From positions 1,384-65,383 of the forward strand of contig CAWGRY010000001.1 in assembly GCA_963825165.1 (NCBI GenBank): DNA of 64,000 nt, given 5' to 3'. The translations under genes were made by a program, and so were the position numbers. Within the stretch, counting starts at the first letter, position 1; each line of letters opens with the position of its first letter. Under the pieces are notes generated by a model. That model made no database searches. It had not been told where the DNA came from and saw only the letters and a list, made by a program, of their open reading frames with translations. Shown here piece by piece: positions 27,118-36,120 of the stretch. Origin of the DNA: an uncultured Bacteroidales bacterium (GTDB lineage Bacteria; Bacteroidota; Bacteroidia; Bacteroidales; VadinHA17).

Positions 27118-27981
27118 ATGAAGATGAACATATTAAAGCATATCCTTAAAGACTGGTTCCTAATCCTGAAAATCCGGAACAGGTTTAATCCATCAGTTCA
27201 AGTCCAACAACGTAACCTATTTCACTACTATCAAGATTGCGCAAAATCGGGGAATATTCCAAGACTCTTAGATACTGGATTCCGGGTCTTCTCACAAAAT
27301 GAAGAAGATGGTAAACTGCTGTTCATCTTCTCCATAGTCGGCATGGATAACAAACAGTTTGTGGAAATTGGTGCAGATGATGGAATCAATAGCAATTGTG
27401 CTAATCTCTTCTTCAATTTTGGCTGGTATGGTTTATTTATTGATTGTGATAGGTGGAGCGTCAAACGTGGTAGACGTTTCTATAACAAATACCCTAATCC
27501 ATTGCAGTACAAACCAAAATTCATCTGTAAAAAGGTTACACCTGAGAATGTAAATCAAATTATTGAAGAAACCGGAATTAGAGGAGAAATCGGACTCCTC
27601 TCAATTGATATTGATGGTAATGACTATTGGGTTTGGGATGCCTTATCAATCATTTATCCTAAAGTCGTTATTATTGAAACTCACAATCAGTTTGGATTTA
27701 ATGATATCGTTGTCCCATTTGAGCCAAAATCGGAGTATTCCAGAAAACACCCAGTTTACCATGGAGCTTCCCCAGTTGCAATGGTAAAATTGGCAAAAAA
27801 GAAAGGTTATAGGCTAGTTGGAGCAAACGAATTGGGATTCAACTTTATCTTTATTAAGAACGGCATTGTGGATTCATTAATCCCAGAAGTAAGTATTGAT
27901 TCTGTTTTAACCCATCCATCAATCAAGGAAGGTTACAAAGCCTTTGAAGAAATTAAGGACTGGGATTATGTAAAAGGTTAA
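27118..27981 (+). CDS. putative SAM-dependent methyltransferase-like protein (FkbM-like), cassette
   Basis: FSQNEEDGKLLFIF...FVEIGADDGINSNCANL...GW.GLFIDCD resembles FkbM-type methyltransferase N-terminal motifs. From memory only. Confidence 0.35.
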   Translation: MKMNILKHILKDWFLILKIRNRFNPSVQVQQRNLFHYYQDCAKSGNIPRLLDTGFRVFSQNEEDGKLLFIFSIVGMDNKQFVEIGADDGINSNCANLFFNFGWYGLFIDCDRWSVKRGRRFYNKYPNPLQYKPKFICKKVTPENVNQIIEETGIRGEIGLLSIDIDGNDYWVWDALSIIYPKVVIIETHNQFGFNDIVVPFEPKSEYSRKHPVYHGASPVAMVKLAKKKGYRLVGANELGFNFIFIKNGIVDSLIPEVSIDSVLTHPSIKEGYKAFEEIKDWDYVKG

Positions 27982-27985
27982 CAAT

Positions 27986-28241
27986 GCCTAACAGGTCGGT
28001 ATATGCAATTGGCTTCTGTGCCGCGAGAATCTTCTTACTAAAGAGGACCGTTTTGTGGCCAGCGGCACAGGCCGCCCCGGCACCGCCGGGGGCTCCCGCC
28101 GGTGTCACGGTTTTTGCCAACGCGATAATAAACTAATAACCGCCTAACCCTACATCGCACCACGACTGCAAAAACACGCGCCACCGCGACCCGATAGCTA
28201 TCGGGTCTGCGCCAACGCCACATACCGCCGGACCGTTATAA
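27986..28241 (+). repeat. attC-like site, family A with extra hairpin (256 bp)
   Basis: R'' GCCTAAC 27986; R' GTTATAA 28235. An extra palindrome GACCCGATAGCTATCGGGTC lies near 28188-28207. Confidence 0.85.
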
Positions 28242-28309
28242 ACCATTGAAAGCCTGCAAATAAGTAAATTTGAGATTAAATTTGAGCACAGTAGAAAGTC
28301 TTTCATGAC

Positions 28310-28753
28310 ATGAGAAATACAAGTCCAAAGTATAATACTTCAGTTTCTTTCGAAACATCAATGATTGCTGCCTGCGGTATGAATTGTGGGTGCTGTATTG
28401 GTTACATGAGACCGAAAAATAAATGTCCAGGATGTAGATTTATAATTGAAGGTAAAGCTAGAGTTCATTGTGTAATAAGAAATTGCGATTTACTCAAAAA
28501 GACTGACTCTAATTTCTGTTTTGATTGTCAGAAATATCCATGTCAGAGATTAAAACAACTTGATAAAAGATACCGAACAAGGTACAATACCAGTTTTCTT
28601 GAAAATCTAATGATGATTAAACAAAAGGGAATGGATTGCTTTCTTTCTTTTGAAACCGACAGAAGGAAGTGTCCCGACTGTGGAGCAACTTTAAGTGTTC
28701 ACCGTGGCCAATGTCTAGCCTGTTCGAAAATTTTAAATAACAACGGTTTATAA
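28310..28753 (+). CDS. Cys-rich DUF3795-like protein (duplicate)
   Basis: One substitution (Y/C) relative to 9280-9723. Confidence 0.6.
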   Translation: MRNTSPKYNTSVSFETSMIAACGMNCGCCIGYMRPKNKCPGCRFIIEGKARVHCVIRNCDLLKKTDSNFCFDCQKYPCQRLKQLDKRYRTRYNTSFLENLMMIKQKGMDCFLSFETDRRKCPDCGATLSVHRGQCLACSKILNNNGL

Positions 28754-29139
28754 CACGGACAATATGGGTAAGTTGTTCGTCACAGTTTTTGCTTTTACTC
28801 CTGCACTCAAGACAAATTTGTAATGGTTCTTGCACCCGGACACGCGCATCTGCTCGCAATTAAAATTCAGTTTACATTGACAGATTTCTAGTTTCGAGAT
28901 AGTCTGTACCGCGACACTGCACCAGTACACGCCACCAAATTTGTAACCGGGAATAAATTCGCGGCTCCGATCAAACTTGTACCACTATCGCGCGAGTAGG
29001 TAATAAAATTTGTACCATGACGGCAAAAACTGCGCCGTACCCTCCTTGCACCGGGACAGCTTTGTGGCCTACCGGGACAACTTTGTGGCGGTGCTGGCGT
29101 CGAGTAACACAACCTCCCCATATTGCCGGGCCGTTACCG
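28748..29139 (+). repeat. attC-like site, family B (392 bp)
   Basis: R'' TTATAAC 28748; R' GTTACCG 29133. Confidence 0.8.
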
Positions 29140-29213
29140 CCAATGCTGGGGCACATCCAATTAAAATTAAATTAAGATTTGCAAAATGTTGTCTAATCAG
29201 TTAACTTTGTGGC

Positions 29214-29561
29214 ATGGCTTTTGAAAGACAAATTATCTTCTATAAGAGATATTTTCTGGATTTCTATGAAGAACAACCAGATGATGTTCAATCAAAAATT
29301 GAATGGACACTGGGATTAATCAGGGTAACACTTCATGTTCCGGAAAAACATTTTAAACACATGGAGGGTACCAAAGGTCTTTATGAAATTAGGGTTGAGA
29401 TAGGCAATAACATTTATAGAATCTTTTCATTCTTTGATCAAGGTAATATTGTAGTGGTCGGGAATGCATACATAAAGAAAACACAGAAGACACCTAAGAA
29501 AGAGATTGAAAGAGCTTTAAGAATTATGGAGGAGTACAAAAATGAAAAAGGCAGAAAATAA
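29214..29561 (+). CDS. RelE/ParE-superfamily toxin (phage Gp49-like / HigB-2-like)
   Basis: 115 aa. ...LYEIRVEIGNNIYRIFSFFDQGNIVVVGNAYIKKTQKTPKKEIERA pattern. Toxin-first operon with an overlapping XRE antitoxin. Confidence 0.7.
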   Translation: MAFERQIIFYKRYFLDFYEEQPDDVQSKIEWTLGLIRVTLHVPEKHFKHMEGTKGLYEIRVEIGNNIYRIFSFFDQGNIVVVGNAYIKKTQKTPKKEIERALRIMEEYKNEKGRK

Positions 29562-29850
29562 CATAACAACTTTTGAGGAACTTCTCGACAATAAATACGG
29601 TAAAAGAGGTACCCCAAAACGTGAGGAATGGGAACAGCAGTTTGAGATCTTCAGGATTGGTGCGTTACTTGAGGATGCCAGGCTTAAAATGGGGCTTACT
29701 CAAGAAGAGCTTGCCAAGAGATGTGGAACCAACAAATCATACATTTCAAGGATTGAGAATAATGCTTCAGATATAAGATTGTCAACCTTGATGAAGATTA
29801 TTCGTAAGGGGTTTGGGGGGCATTTAACACTTTCACTGCAACTTGATTAA
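29542..29850 (+). CDS. XRE-family HTH antitoxin
   Basis: LEDARLKMGLTQEELAKRCGTNKSYISRIENNASDIRLSTLMKI is an HTH_3 signature. Overlaps the toxin by 20 nt. Confidence 0.75.
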   Translation: MKKAENNITTFEELLDNKYGKRGTPKREEWEQQFEIFRIGALLEDARLKMGLTQEELAKRCGTNKSYISRIENNASDIRLSTLMKIIRKGFGGHLTLSLQLD

Positions 29851-29860
29851 AAAGCACTGT

Positions 29861-30202
29861 CGGTAACAGGTCGGTATATGTCATTGGCGCTCCGCACCGC
29901 GACTGGTTTATGCGCGCTGATCCGACAGACCAGCACCTCAAAAACCAGTTGGTGCTTTATCGGCCCGGCTTTGCGGCTAAAGCCGCCGGGCAAAAACCAT
30001 TGCGCGGTGCGGCCCGGCCCCGCTCCCGCGGGGCACTCCCTCCTGGTGTCACGGTTTTTGCCAACGCGAGAATAAAGTAATTCCCGCATAAACTTGCATC
30101 GCACCACGAGTGCAAAAACACCCCGACCTCTCTGCGTTCGGTACGGGGCACGGCGCTCCACCGCAACTCTGCGCCAACAACACATACCGCCAAACGTTAC
30201 CA
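29861..30202 (+). repeat. attC-like site, family A extra-long (342 bp)
   Basis: R'' CGGTAAC 29861; R' GTTACCA 30196. Has the ~100-nt arm plus an inserted CCCCGACCTCTCTGCGTTCGGTACGGGG hairpin in the 3' half of P4. Confidence 0.8.
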
Positions 30203-30271
30203 GCAATTTTGGGTAAAAATGGAATAAACATTTGTTTCCTAATAAAGAAACATATATCTTTGTAGAAAATA

Positions 30272-30625
30272 GTGACTGTGACCGAAAGATTCAAAGTTCG
30301 ATTCTTAGAAGAGGCAGCCGAGTTTCTTGATAATATTGACGGGAAAGCCAGAGAGAAGATAATTTACAATGTACGTAAGGCTCAGGTAATCAACGATAAC
30401 TCTCTCTTCAAGAAGCTTTCAGGTGAAACCTGGGAATTCAGGACTTTATTCAATAAAGCACATTATAGGCTATTTGCTTTCTGGGACAAATCTGGCAAAC
30501 CTGATACTGTTGTAATATCAACTCACGGAATTGTTAAGAAAACAGATAAAACTCCCAAAAAAGAAATTGAAAAGGCAGAAAAATTGAGATTACTATACTT
30601 TGAACAAAAAACTCAAAAGCGATGA
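30272..30625 (+). CDS. RelE/ParE-superfamily toxin (Gp49-like), paralogue of 29214-29561
   Basis: GTG start 30272 (no ATG available). ...WEFRTLFNKAHYRLFAFWDKSGKPDTVVISTHGIVKKTDKTPKKEIEKA. Confidence 0.65.
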   Translation: MTVTERFKVRFLEEAAEFLDNIDGKAREKIIYNVRKAQVINDNSLFKKLSGETWEFRTLFNKAHYRLFAFWDKSGKPDTVVISTHGIVKKTDKTPKKEIEKAEKLRLLYFEQKTQKR

Positions 30626-30948
30626 AAAAGGGAGAAATGAAGACATACAGCCTTGAGGAGATTACCGATAAGCATATCGGTAAGCGTGGGACTCCTAAAA
30701 GAGAAGCATTTGAGTCTGAACTTCGTCTTGACTTACTTGGAGAAGCTATTAAAAAAGCCAGAAAAGAACGCAATCTGACACAAGAAGAGCTTGGAAAACT
30801 TGTTGGTGTCCAGAAAGCTCAAATTTCAAAGCTTGAAAATAGCTTGACAGATGCCAGGTTTGAAACTATATTGAAAGTATTCAAAGCCTTAAATGCTAAA
30901 ATCAACTTCAATATAGAACTGTTGGACCAAACTGTAAGAATAGCCTAG
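30622..30948 (+). CDS. XRE-family HTH antitoxin
   Basis: IKKARKERNLTQEELGKLVGVQKAQISKLENSLTDARFETILKV; 4-nt overlap with the toxin. Confidence 0.75.
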   Translation: MKKGEMKTYSLEEITDKHIGKRGTPKREAFESELRLDLLGEAIKKARKERNLTQEELGKLVGVQKAQISKLENSLTDARFETILKVFKALNAKINFNIELLDQTVRIA

Positions 30949-30959
30949 AAAAAAACTGC

Positions 30960-31222
30960 TGGTAACAGGTCGGTATATGTCATTGGCTTCTGTGCCGCGA
31001 GAATCTTCTGACTAAAGAGGACAGTTCTGTGGCTGGCGGCACAGGCCGCCCCGGCTCCCGCCGGGGTCTCCCTTCTGGTGTCACAGCTTGCCCCGATCTA
31101 TCGGGGGTTTTTGTCAACGCGAGAATTTTGTAATAACCGTATAATCCTGCACCGCACAACGAGTGCAAAAACAAGTGCCACCGTGATACAAGGCAACTGA
31201 CCCATACCGCCAAACGTTGGCA
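30960..31222 (+). repeat. attC-like site, family A with inserted hairpin (263 bp)
   Basis: R'' TGGTAAC 30960; R' GTTGGCA 31216. GGTGTCAC is interrupted by AGCTTGCCCCGATCTATCGGGG before GTTTTTG. Confidence 0.8.
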
Positions 31223-31285
31223 ATAATTGTAGGCAACACGGCATAAATCCAATATTGATTATCTTTGTAAAAAGCATGAACCGTC

Positions 31286-31522
31286 ATGACAACAATCGAA
31301 TTAAAGAAACAACTTATCCACAGGATAGCAGAAATTGGGGATACCAATTTTCTAAAGGCCTTAAAAACCATTCTTGATTCAAAAGCAAATGAAGAAGTAC
31401 TTAATCTGACGGCTGAACAAAAAGACGAAATTATTGCGTCCCGTGATGATGCTGAGAAAGGGTTTGTAACTGAGAATGCATTGCTAGACAAAGAAATCAA
31501 AGCAAGGCTAAACGCAAGATAG
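31286..31522 (+). CDS. small antitoxin-like protein (addiction-module component-like)
   Basis: 78 aa, helical and acidic. Immediately followed by (and overlapping) a truncated ParE-like reading frame. Confidence 0.45.
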   Translation: MTTIELKKQLIHRIAEIGDTNFLKALKTILDSKANEEVLNLTAEQKDEIIASRDDAEKGFVTENALLDKEIKARLNAR

Positions 31523-31679
31523 TCTGGTCTAGAAGAGCGCAAATCAAACTGTCAGATATTCTTCAATTCTACACTGAAAGGAATGGTAGTAAGGACTATT
31601 CAATAAAGCTATATGCTCAAATTTCGAAGAGTGTCAAACTCCTGGAAAAGCAACCAGATATTGGGCACAAGTCAGATTT
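31516..31679 (+). pseudogene. ParE/RelE-like toxin, truncated by deletion into the following repeat
   Basis: The frame KIVWSRRAQIKLSDILQFYTERNGSKDYSIKLYAQISKSVKLLEKQPDIGHKSDFESV matches the N-terminal half of ParE-type toxins. It has no ATG and runs directly into the 5'-truncated repeat at about 31680. Confidence 0.55.
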
Positions 31680-31839
31680 TGAGTCTGTTCGCCGGCCGGC
31701 TTTCCCTTCATGGTGCCATGGTTTTTGCATTACCTGAAAATTCCGTTATCAGAATGAAATTTTGTGGTCGTCAAGCTCGATGGCAAAAACCTCGCCACCC
31801 CCACACTGCGGCAACTGCCCATACCGCCTAACGTTATGT
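31680..31839 (+). repeat. attC-like site, family A, 5'-truncated
   Basis: Only the 3' part is present: ...CATGGTTTTTGC...GCAAAAACCTCGCCACC...GGCAACTGCCCATACCGCCTAAC, then R' GTTATGT 31833. Confidence 0.7.
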
Positions 31840-32107
31840 TTAAGCGGGCTGTGTATTTCCTGACAGATTCGAAATAATTAAAACACAATTTCCAATGGGA
31901 TAGAAACCGCCTAAACATAACAGTATAAGAATTTAATTTGCAATATATTATGACAATCCCTGCTTATATGACAGGACTAAATCATCATGATTGTTTCATC
32001 CTGGCACTTAGATTTTGTCAATTAATCGGGACTATGCAGAAACCAATCAGGTTTCGTTTTTGGAACAATTTTTGCTGTTAACAGATTAACAATCAAAACC
32101 TGACACT

Positions 32108-32611
32108 ATGAGACTACCTATCAAACTTGTCATGTTCATTTCACTACTTGGACTCATTGGTTGTGAGAAACAGGCAGACAATCCTGAGGTTGAGACATAT
32201 ATCAACCAATTAAAATCAAACTCGTATGAAGCTTATGAATTACCGGCATTTCAGCCATCTGACATTCCTGCATTGCTAAAATACAGGAACTCAACTATGA
32301 TAATTTCAAATTTTCCTCACAATGGGATTTCATCACTTTGGGTTCCTGACTGTAAACTTGGGATGTACGTTTTATGGACAATCGAATCAATAAGAGCTGC
32401 AGAAATTAATAGCAAATATTTAATTGGCAGGTTCCCATCGCAGAATCCGATCCTTGCCTATAGAGCTTCTCAAGAACTTAGTTTAGTTTATGACACAAAA
32501 TCTCAGGAAGTAGCTGCAAAAGCATACTATGATTGGTGGTATTCGAGTTACATATTAAGCGACAAAATGAATATTGATCCTTTGAAAGACACTGATTATA
32601 GGTGGCATTAA
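32108..32611 (+). CDS. hypothetical lipoprotein (cassette)
   Basis: MRLPIKLVMFISLLGLIGC lipobox. Confidence 0.5.
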   Translation: MRLPIKLVMFISLLGLIGCEKQADNPEVETYINQLKSNSYEAYELPAFQPSDIPALLKYRNSTMIISNFPHNGISSLWVPDCKLGMYVLWTIESIRAAEINSKYLIGRFPSQNPILAYRASQELSLVYDTKSQEVAAKAYYDWWYSSYILSDKMNIDPLKDTDYRWH

Positions 32612-32711
32612 GACTGCCGGACATTTAATTATTCCTAGACCTATTCAATCTGGACAACTTCATCATAATAGCTACATTCTCTATGACTCGTAGTTTTAAC
32701 TTATCGCCTAA

Positions 32712-33068
32712 ACATAACACGGATGGTATAGGTAATTGCCCTCAGCAGCCCGGACAGCTTAGTAATCAGCTCCATAAGTCTATGCGATCAAAATTACTCC
32801 CACTTATTAAAATTCCGGTACCTTGATTAATCCTGCTACCGTGACAATGTCAATAGGGCTACTGGCCGGCGCGCAGTTGTCATGGTTTTTGCATCGTCAT
32901 CTTGACAATTTTATCGTGACGGGACAACTCGCGGCCATTTATCGGGACTCAGCCATCTGGACAACTTTATCCTGACATGATAACTCTCGTCGGTCTATCA
33001 GGACTTTGCAGAAACACATGCCAACCGCGACACAGACGTCAACTCCCTATACCACCGGGCCGTTAGCT
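32712..33068 (+). repeat. attC-like site, family C (357 bp)
   Basis: R'' ACATAAC 32712 plus CGGATGGTATAGGTAATTG. CAACTCCCTATACCACCGGGCC plus R' GTTAGCT 33062. Confidence 0.75.
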
Positions 33069-33461
33069 GTAAAGAATAGGCATAGGACAAACATATGGGC
33101 AACTTTTCTAAAGAACTTTTATACTGTAATTAAGCGATCGATGGAGTTTACAGCCATTGCCATAACAACAATACCTTAAGAAAATAAAGCAACACATATA
33201 CCTGCTATTGACAGACAGTTATTGTGAAATTGTATCATATTCTTTTCCAGCCATGTGTCATTGTCGGAACACCAAAAATATGGAAATGTGAATTTTAAGT
33301 TTCTTCTCTCTTCAAAGGTTTTAATACAAGCCCATTTCAGTTCACGACCCTCACTCCTCTTAGCCCGTTAACATAAAAATAACGCAATCTAATGCGGTAG
33401 ATTTACTTTTCCGCGGTCTTTATAATGATTGATTTGAAACTTGTCCTTTAAAAGAAATTAT

Positions 33462-34488
33462 ATGATTACCAAAACGTTCAAATGGATCGGTTGTCACCAG
33501 GTAACAGCTTTTTTTATCATCACATTCGTAATAACATGGGGTTTGGGATTCTCGTACAAAGCAGTCATGAGCGGGAAGTACCTTATTTTGCCCCTAATGT
33601 TCCTGGCAACCTGTGGACCTGCCCTTGCTGGTATCATGGTAGCATGCATTTCCGGTTCAAGATAGATCATCGGCAAGAAAAAGGATTTCATGGATCGCTT
33701 TTTGCATCTCATGGATCGTTGTAACACTCGTCTTTATTGCAAATCATGTTTTCATCAATAAAGGACCTGTATCGACTGCACTTGTAGTACTGGTGGCTAT
33801 CTCAGCTCTTCCTGTCGCATTTATCGTGAATCTCGTCTATACGCGTTTCCCCATTGTGCGAGGTTTCCAACTGAAGTCACTCAGATCAGGTGCTAATCCT
33901 GCATGGATCCTGATCGCGTTATTGGTTTTCCCTCTCCTGACGGTGATTTCGGCTTTGATCAGCAGGTTACTGGGTCAACAGTCACCCTCATTTTCCAGCC
34001 TTCCGGCTACGGGTTTTGGCCTGGTCGGATGGATTGCTGTAAAACTTCTGTCACAATTCTTTTTCTTTAACGGAACCGGTGAAGAAGTGGGATGGCGAGG
34101 TTTCGCGCTTCCCAGGCTCCAAGCGTATGCAAGTCCTCTTGTTGCCGGTTTGATACTGGCTCTTTTATGGGTACCTTGGCACTTATTTCTTTGGATTGGG
34201 GAAGGAAGAGATGTCTTGACAATATCGTTCTGGGCGAGTTCATACCTGCTCCACATACCTTCCGGCATTATTCTTTGCTGGTGTTACAATCGGAGTCACG
34301 GGAGCGTGCTAATCGCTGGCATCGCTCACGCATCTGCAAATACCGTTGTTGCGTTACTACAGCCTTTGGAACAGAAGATCATGATTATAGTCTTGTTTGT
34401 ATTTGTTGTGGCAATTGTTCTAATAGATCAGATGTGGAAACGCCTTCCTGAAGAACATCCTGCGGTACAAAAGTCGTTGGCAGACTGA
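33462..34488 (+). pseudogene. CPBP-family (CAAX) intramembrane protease, frameshifted
   Basis: The N-terminal TM fragment 33462-33665 ends in a stop. The frame containing EEVGWRGFALP and ...IAHASANT (33793-34488) is already open from 33643. A single frameshift within 33643-33665 would join the two. Confidence 0.6.
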
Positions 34489-34614
34489 GCTAATACACGT
34501 TTTTGTTTCATATAACTTATTGAATCCCTCTCGGGAATACTATCACTCATTTATTACAACTTCACATAACACAGGGAATGGGCAATGAAGATTCACCTGC
34601 ATAATAAACCCTAC

Positions 34615-35018
34615 AGCTAACAGGTCGGTATATGCAATTGGCTTCGACTGGTTTTTTCGCGCCGATCCGCCTGACCAGCACCCCAAAAACCAGTTGGTGC
34701 TTTATGGGCCCGGCTTAGCGGCTAAAGCCGCCGGGCAAAAACCAGTCGGCCGGCCCCGTTCCCGCGGGGATCTCCCTCCTGGTGTCACAGCTTGCCCCGA
34801 TCTATCGGGGGTTTTTGCCAACGCGAGAATAAACAAAACAACATCATAACCCTGAATCGCACCACGAGTGCAAAAACACCCCGACCTTCTCTGCGTTCGG
34901 TACGGGGCACGGCTCACCACCGCGACTCTGCGCCTACTGCACATTATTCGCCACTCACTTATGCTCGTGGCTCATGAGCTCATCCGCTCCGCGGCCTCGG
35001 TTCCGCCTAACGTTAGGG
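34615..35018 (+). repeat. attC-like site, family A extra-long, partly degenerate (404 bp)
   Basis: R'' AGCTAAC 34615; R' GTTAGGG 35012. The L' box CACAT/ACCGCC is split by an insertion of about 57 nt. Carries three of the optional modules. Confidence 0.7.
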
Positions 35019-35360
35019 TAATGATATAAGAAGTAGTAATGTACGCTTATTATTTTGTCGGATTACGAGGTCTTTAACGGAAGATTATTAATAGATAGAG
35101 AGCCTATAAAGGATGAAACTTTTTAAAATAAAAGGATTAACAAATTAATTGAAGGCTTTGCCAGAATTACTGTGCTATGCTGTTACACCTATGACGTATT
35201 CACATCAGCAAAGCTTTTTGTAAGCGGGTAGGAAAAAATAAGAAAGTCGAAAGAGGTGATAATAACTTTGATAAAAACCGAAACAATTCCCTATTATATC
35301 TTTACAAGGTCAATCTATTATTAATTTTAATATAAATTTAAAGTAAAAGGAGATCATAAA

Positions 35361-35996
35361 ATGGCAGAACCACTTGATGCAATTATGGCATTTCACAATG
35401 CTTTCAGACTCGACATGACGCGGATTGACTTAGCAGCACTCGAATCAGCACGCGGGAATATTGAATTCATACCGACAATACAGCGCTTCCGCTTCTTTAA
35501 TGAAGTGCTTGCCTGGCATGCTCATGGCGAGGAATTGTCCATCTTCCCGACGGTTGAAATCGTTGCGCCCATGGTCGCAGAGGCCTATGAGAGAGATCAC
35601 CGTGGTCTGGATGCTGCATTCGATGCCCTGAATACCGCAGTTTCTGCAAATGATGCATTGGCAACGGCACGCGCAACAGCAGCATTCAAGTTCCATCTCG
35701 ATATACACTTAGGAAAGGAAGATGCACATTTGTATCGTTTAATGAGGGAGCGCGTATCAATGGCTGATCGGGGTAAGGCAGTCGGTATCATGGCAAATCA
35801 AATACCACAGGATCGCTTTCCGGAGCTTGTTGCCTGGTTATATCCCTTGATTGACCACAATGACCGCGAGAACATGACCCTTATATGGCAAATGCTGATG
35901 CCTCCTCCGGTATTCGATCAAGCAAAATTGCTTATTCAAAAGGCAATCGGCAATGACTGGGCCGAGTTAATAAGGCGTATTCCAACGCTGGAGTAA
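35361..35996 (+). CDS. hemerythrin HHE cation-binding domain protein (cassette)
   Basis: HNAFR.D.......L...........F.....WHAHGEE..IFP.......ERDH: repeated H/E metal-ligand pattern of hemerythrin-like proteins. Confidence 0.6.
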   Translation: MAEPLDAIMAFHNAFRLDMTRIDLAALESARGNIEFIPTIQRFRFFNEVLAWHAHGEELSIFPTVEIVAPMVAEAYERDHRGLDAAFDALNTAVSANDALATARATAAFKFHLDIHLGKEDAHLYRLMRERVSMADRGKAVGIMANQIPQDRFPELVAWLYPLIDHNDRENMTLIWQMLMPPPVFDQAKLLIQKAIGNDWAELIRRIPTLE

Positions 35997-36120
35997 AGCA
36001 TTCCCAGCTTGTATTCGGCGACAAGCATTATTTATCCCAATAGCTGGTTTGGCTGGCATAAGAATAAATCTGATGGTAAGATTGTTGATGAATGATAAGT
36101 GTGAAAGATTACATCACTAC

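Noticed and set aside
9205-29139. Ordinary segmental (tandem) duplication or an assembly artefact as the explanation for the duplicated genes.
   Set aside because: The duplicated blocks are single cassettes in different relative order and different flanking contexts, with identity ending at the GTT/AAC cores. Mis-assembly cannot be excluded without reads, but it would not generate precise core-bounded junctions.
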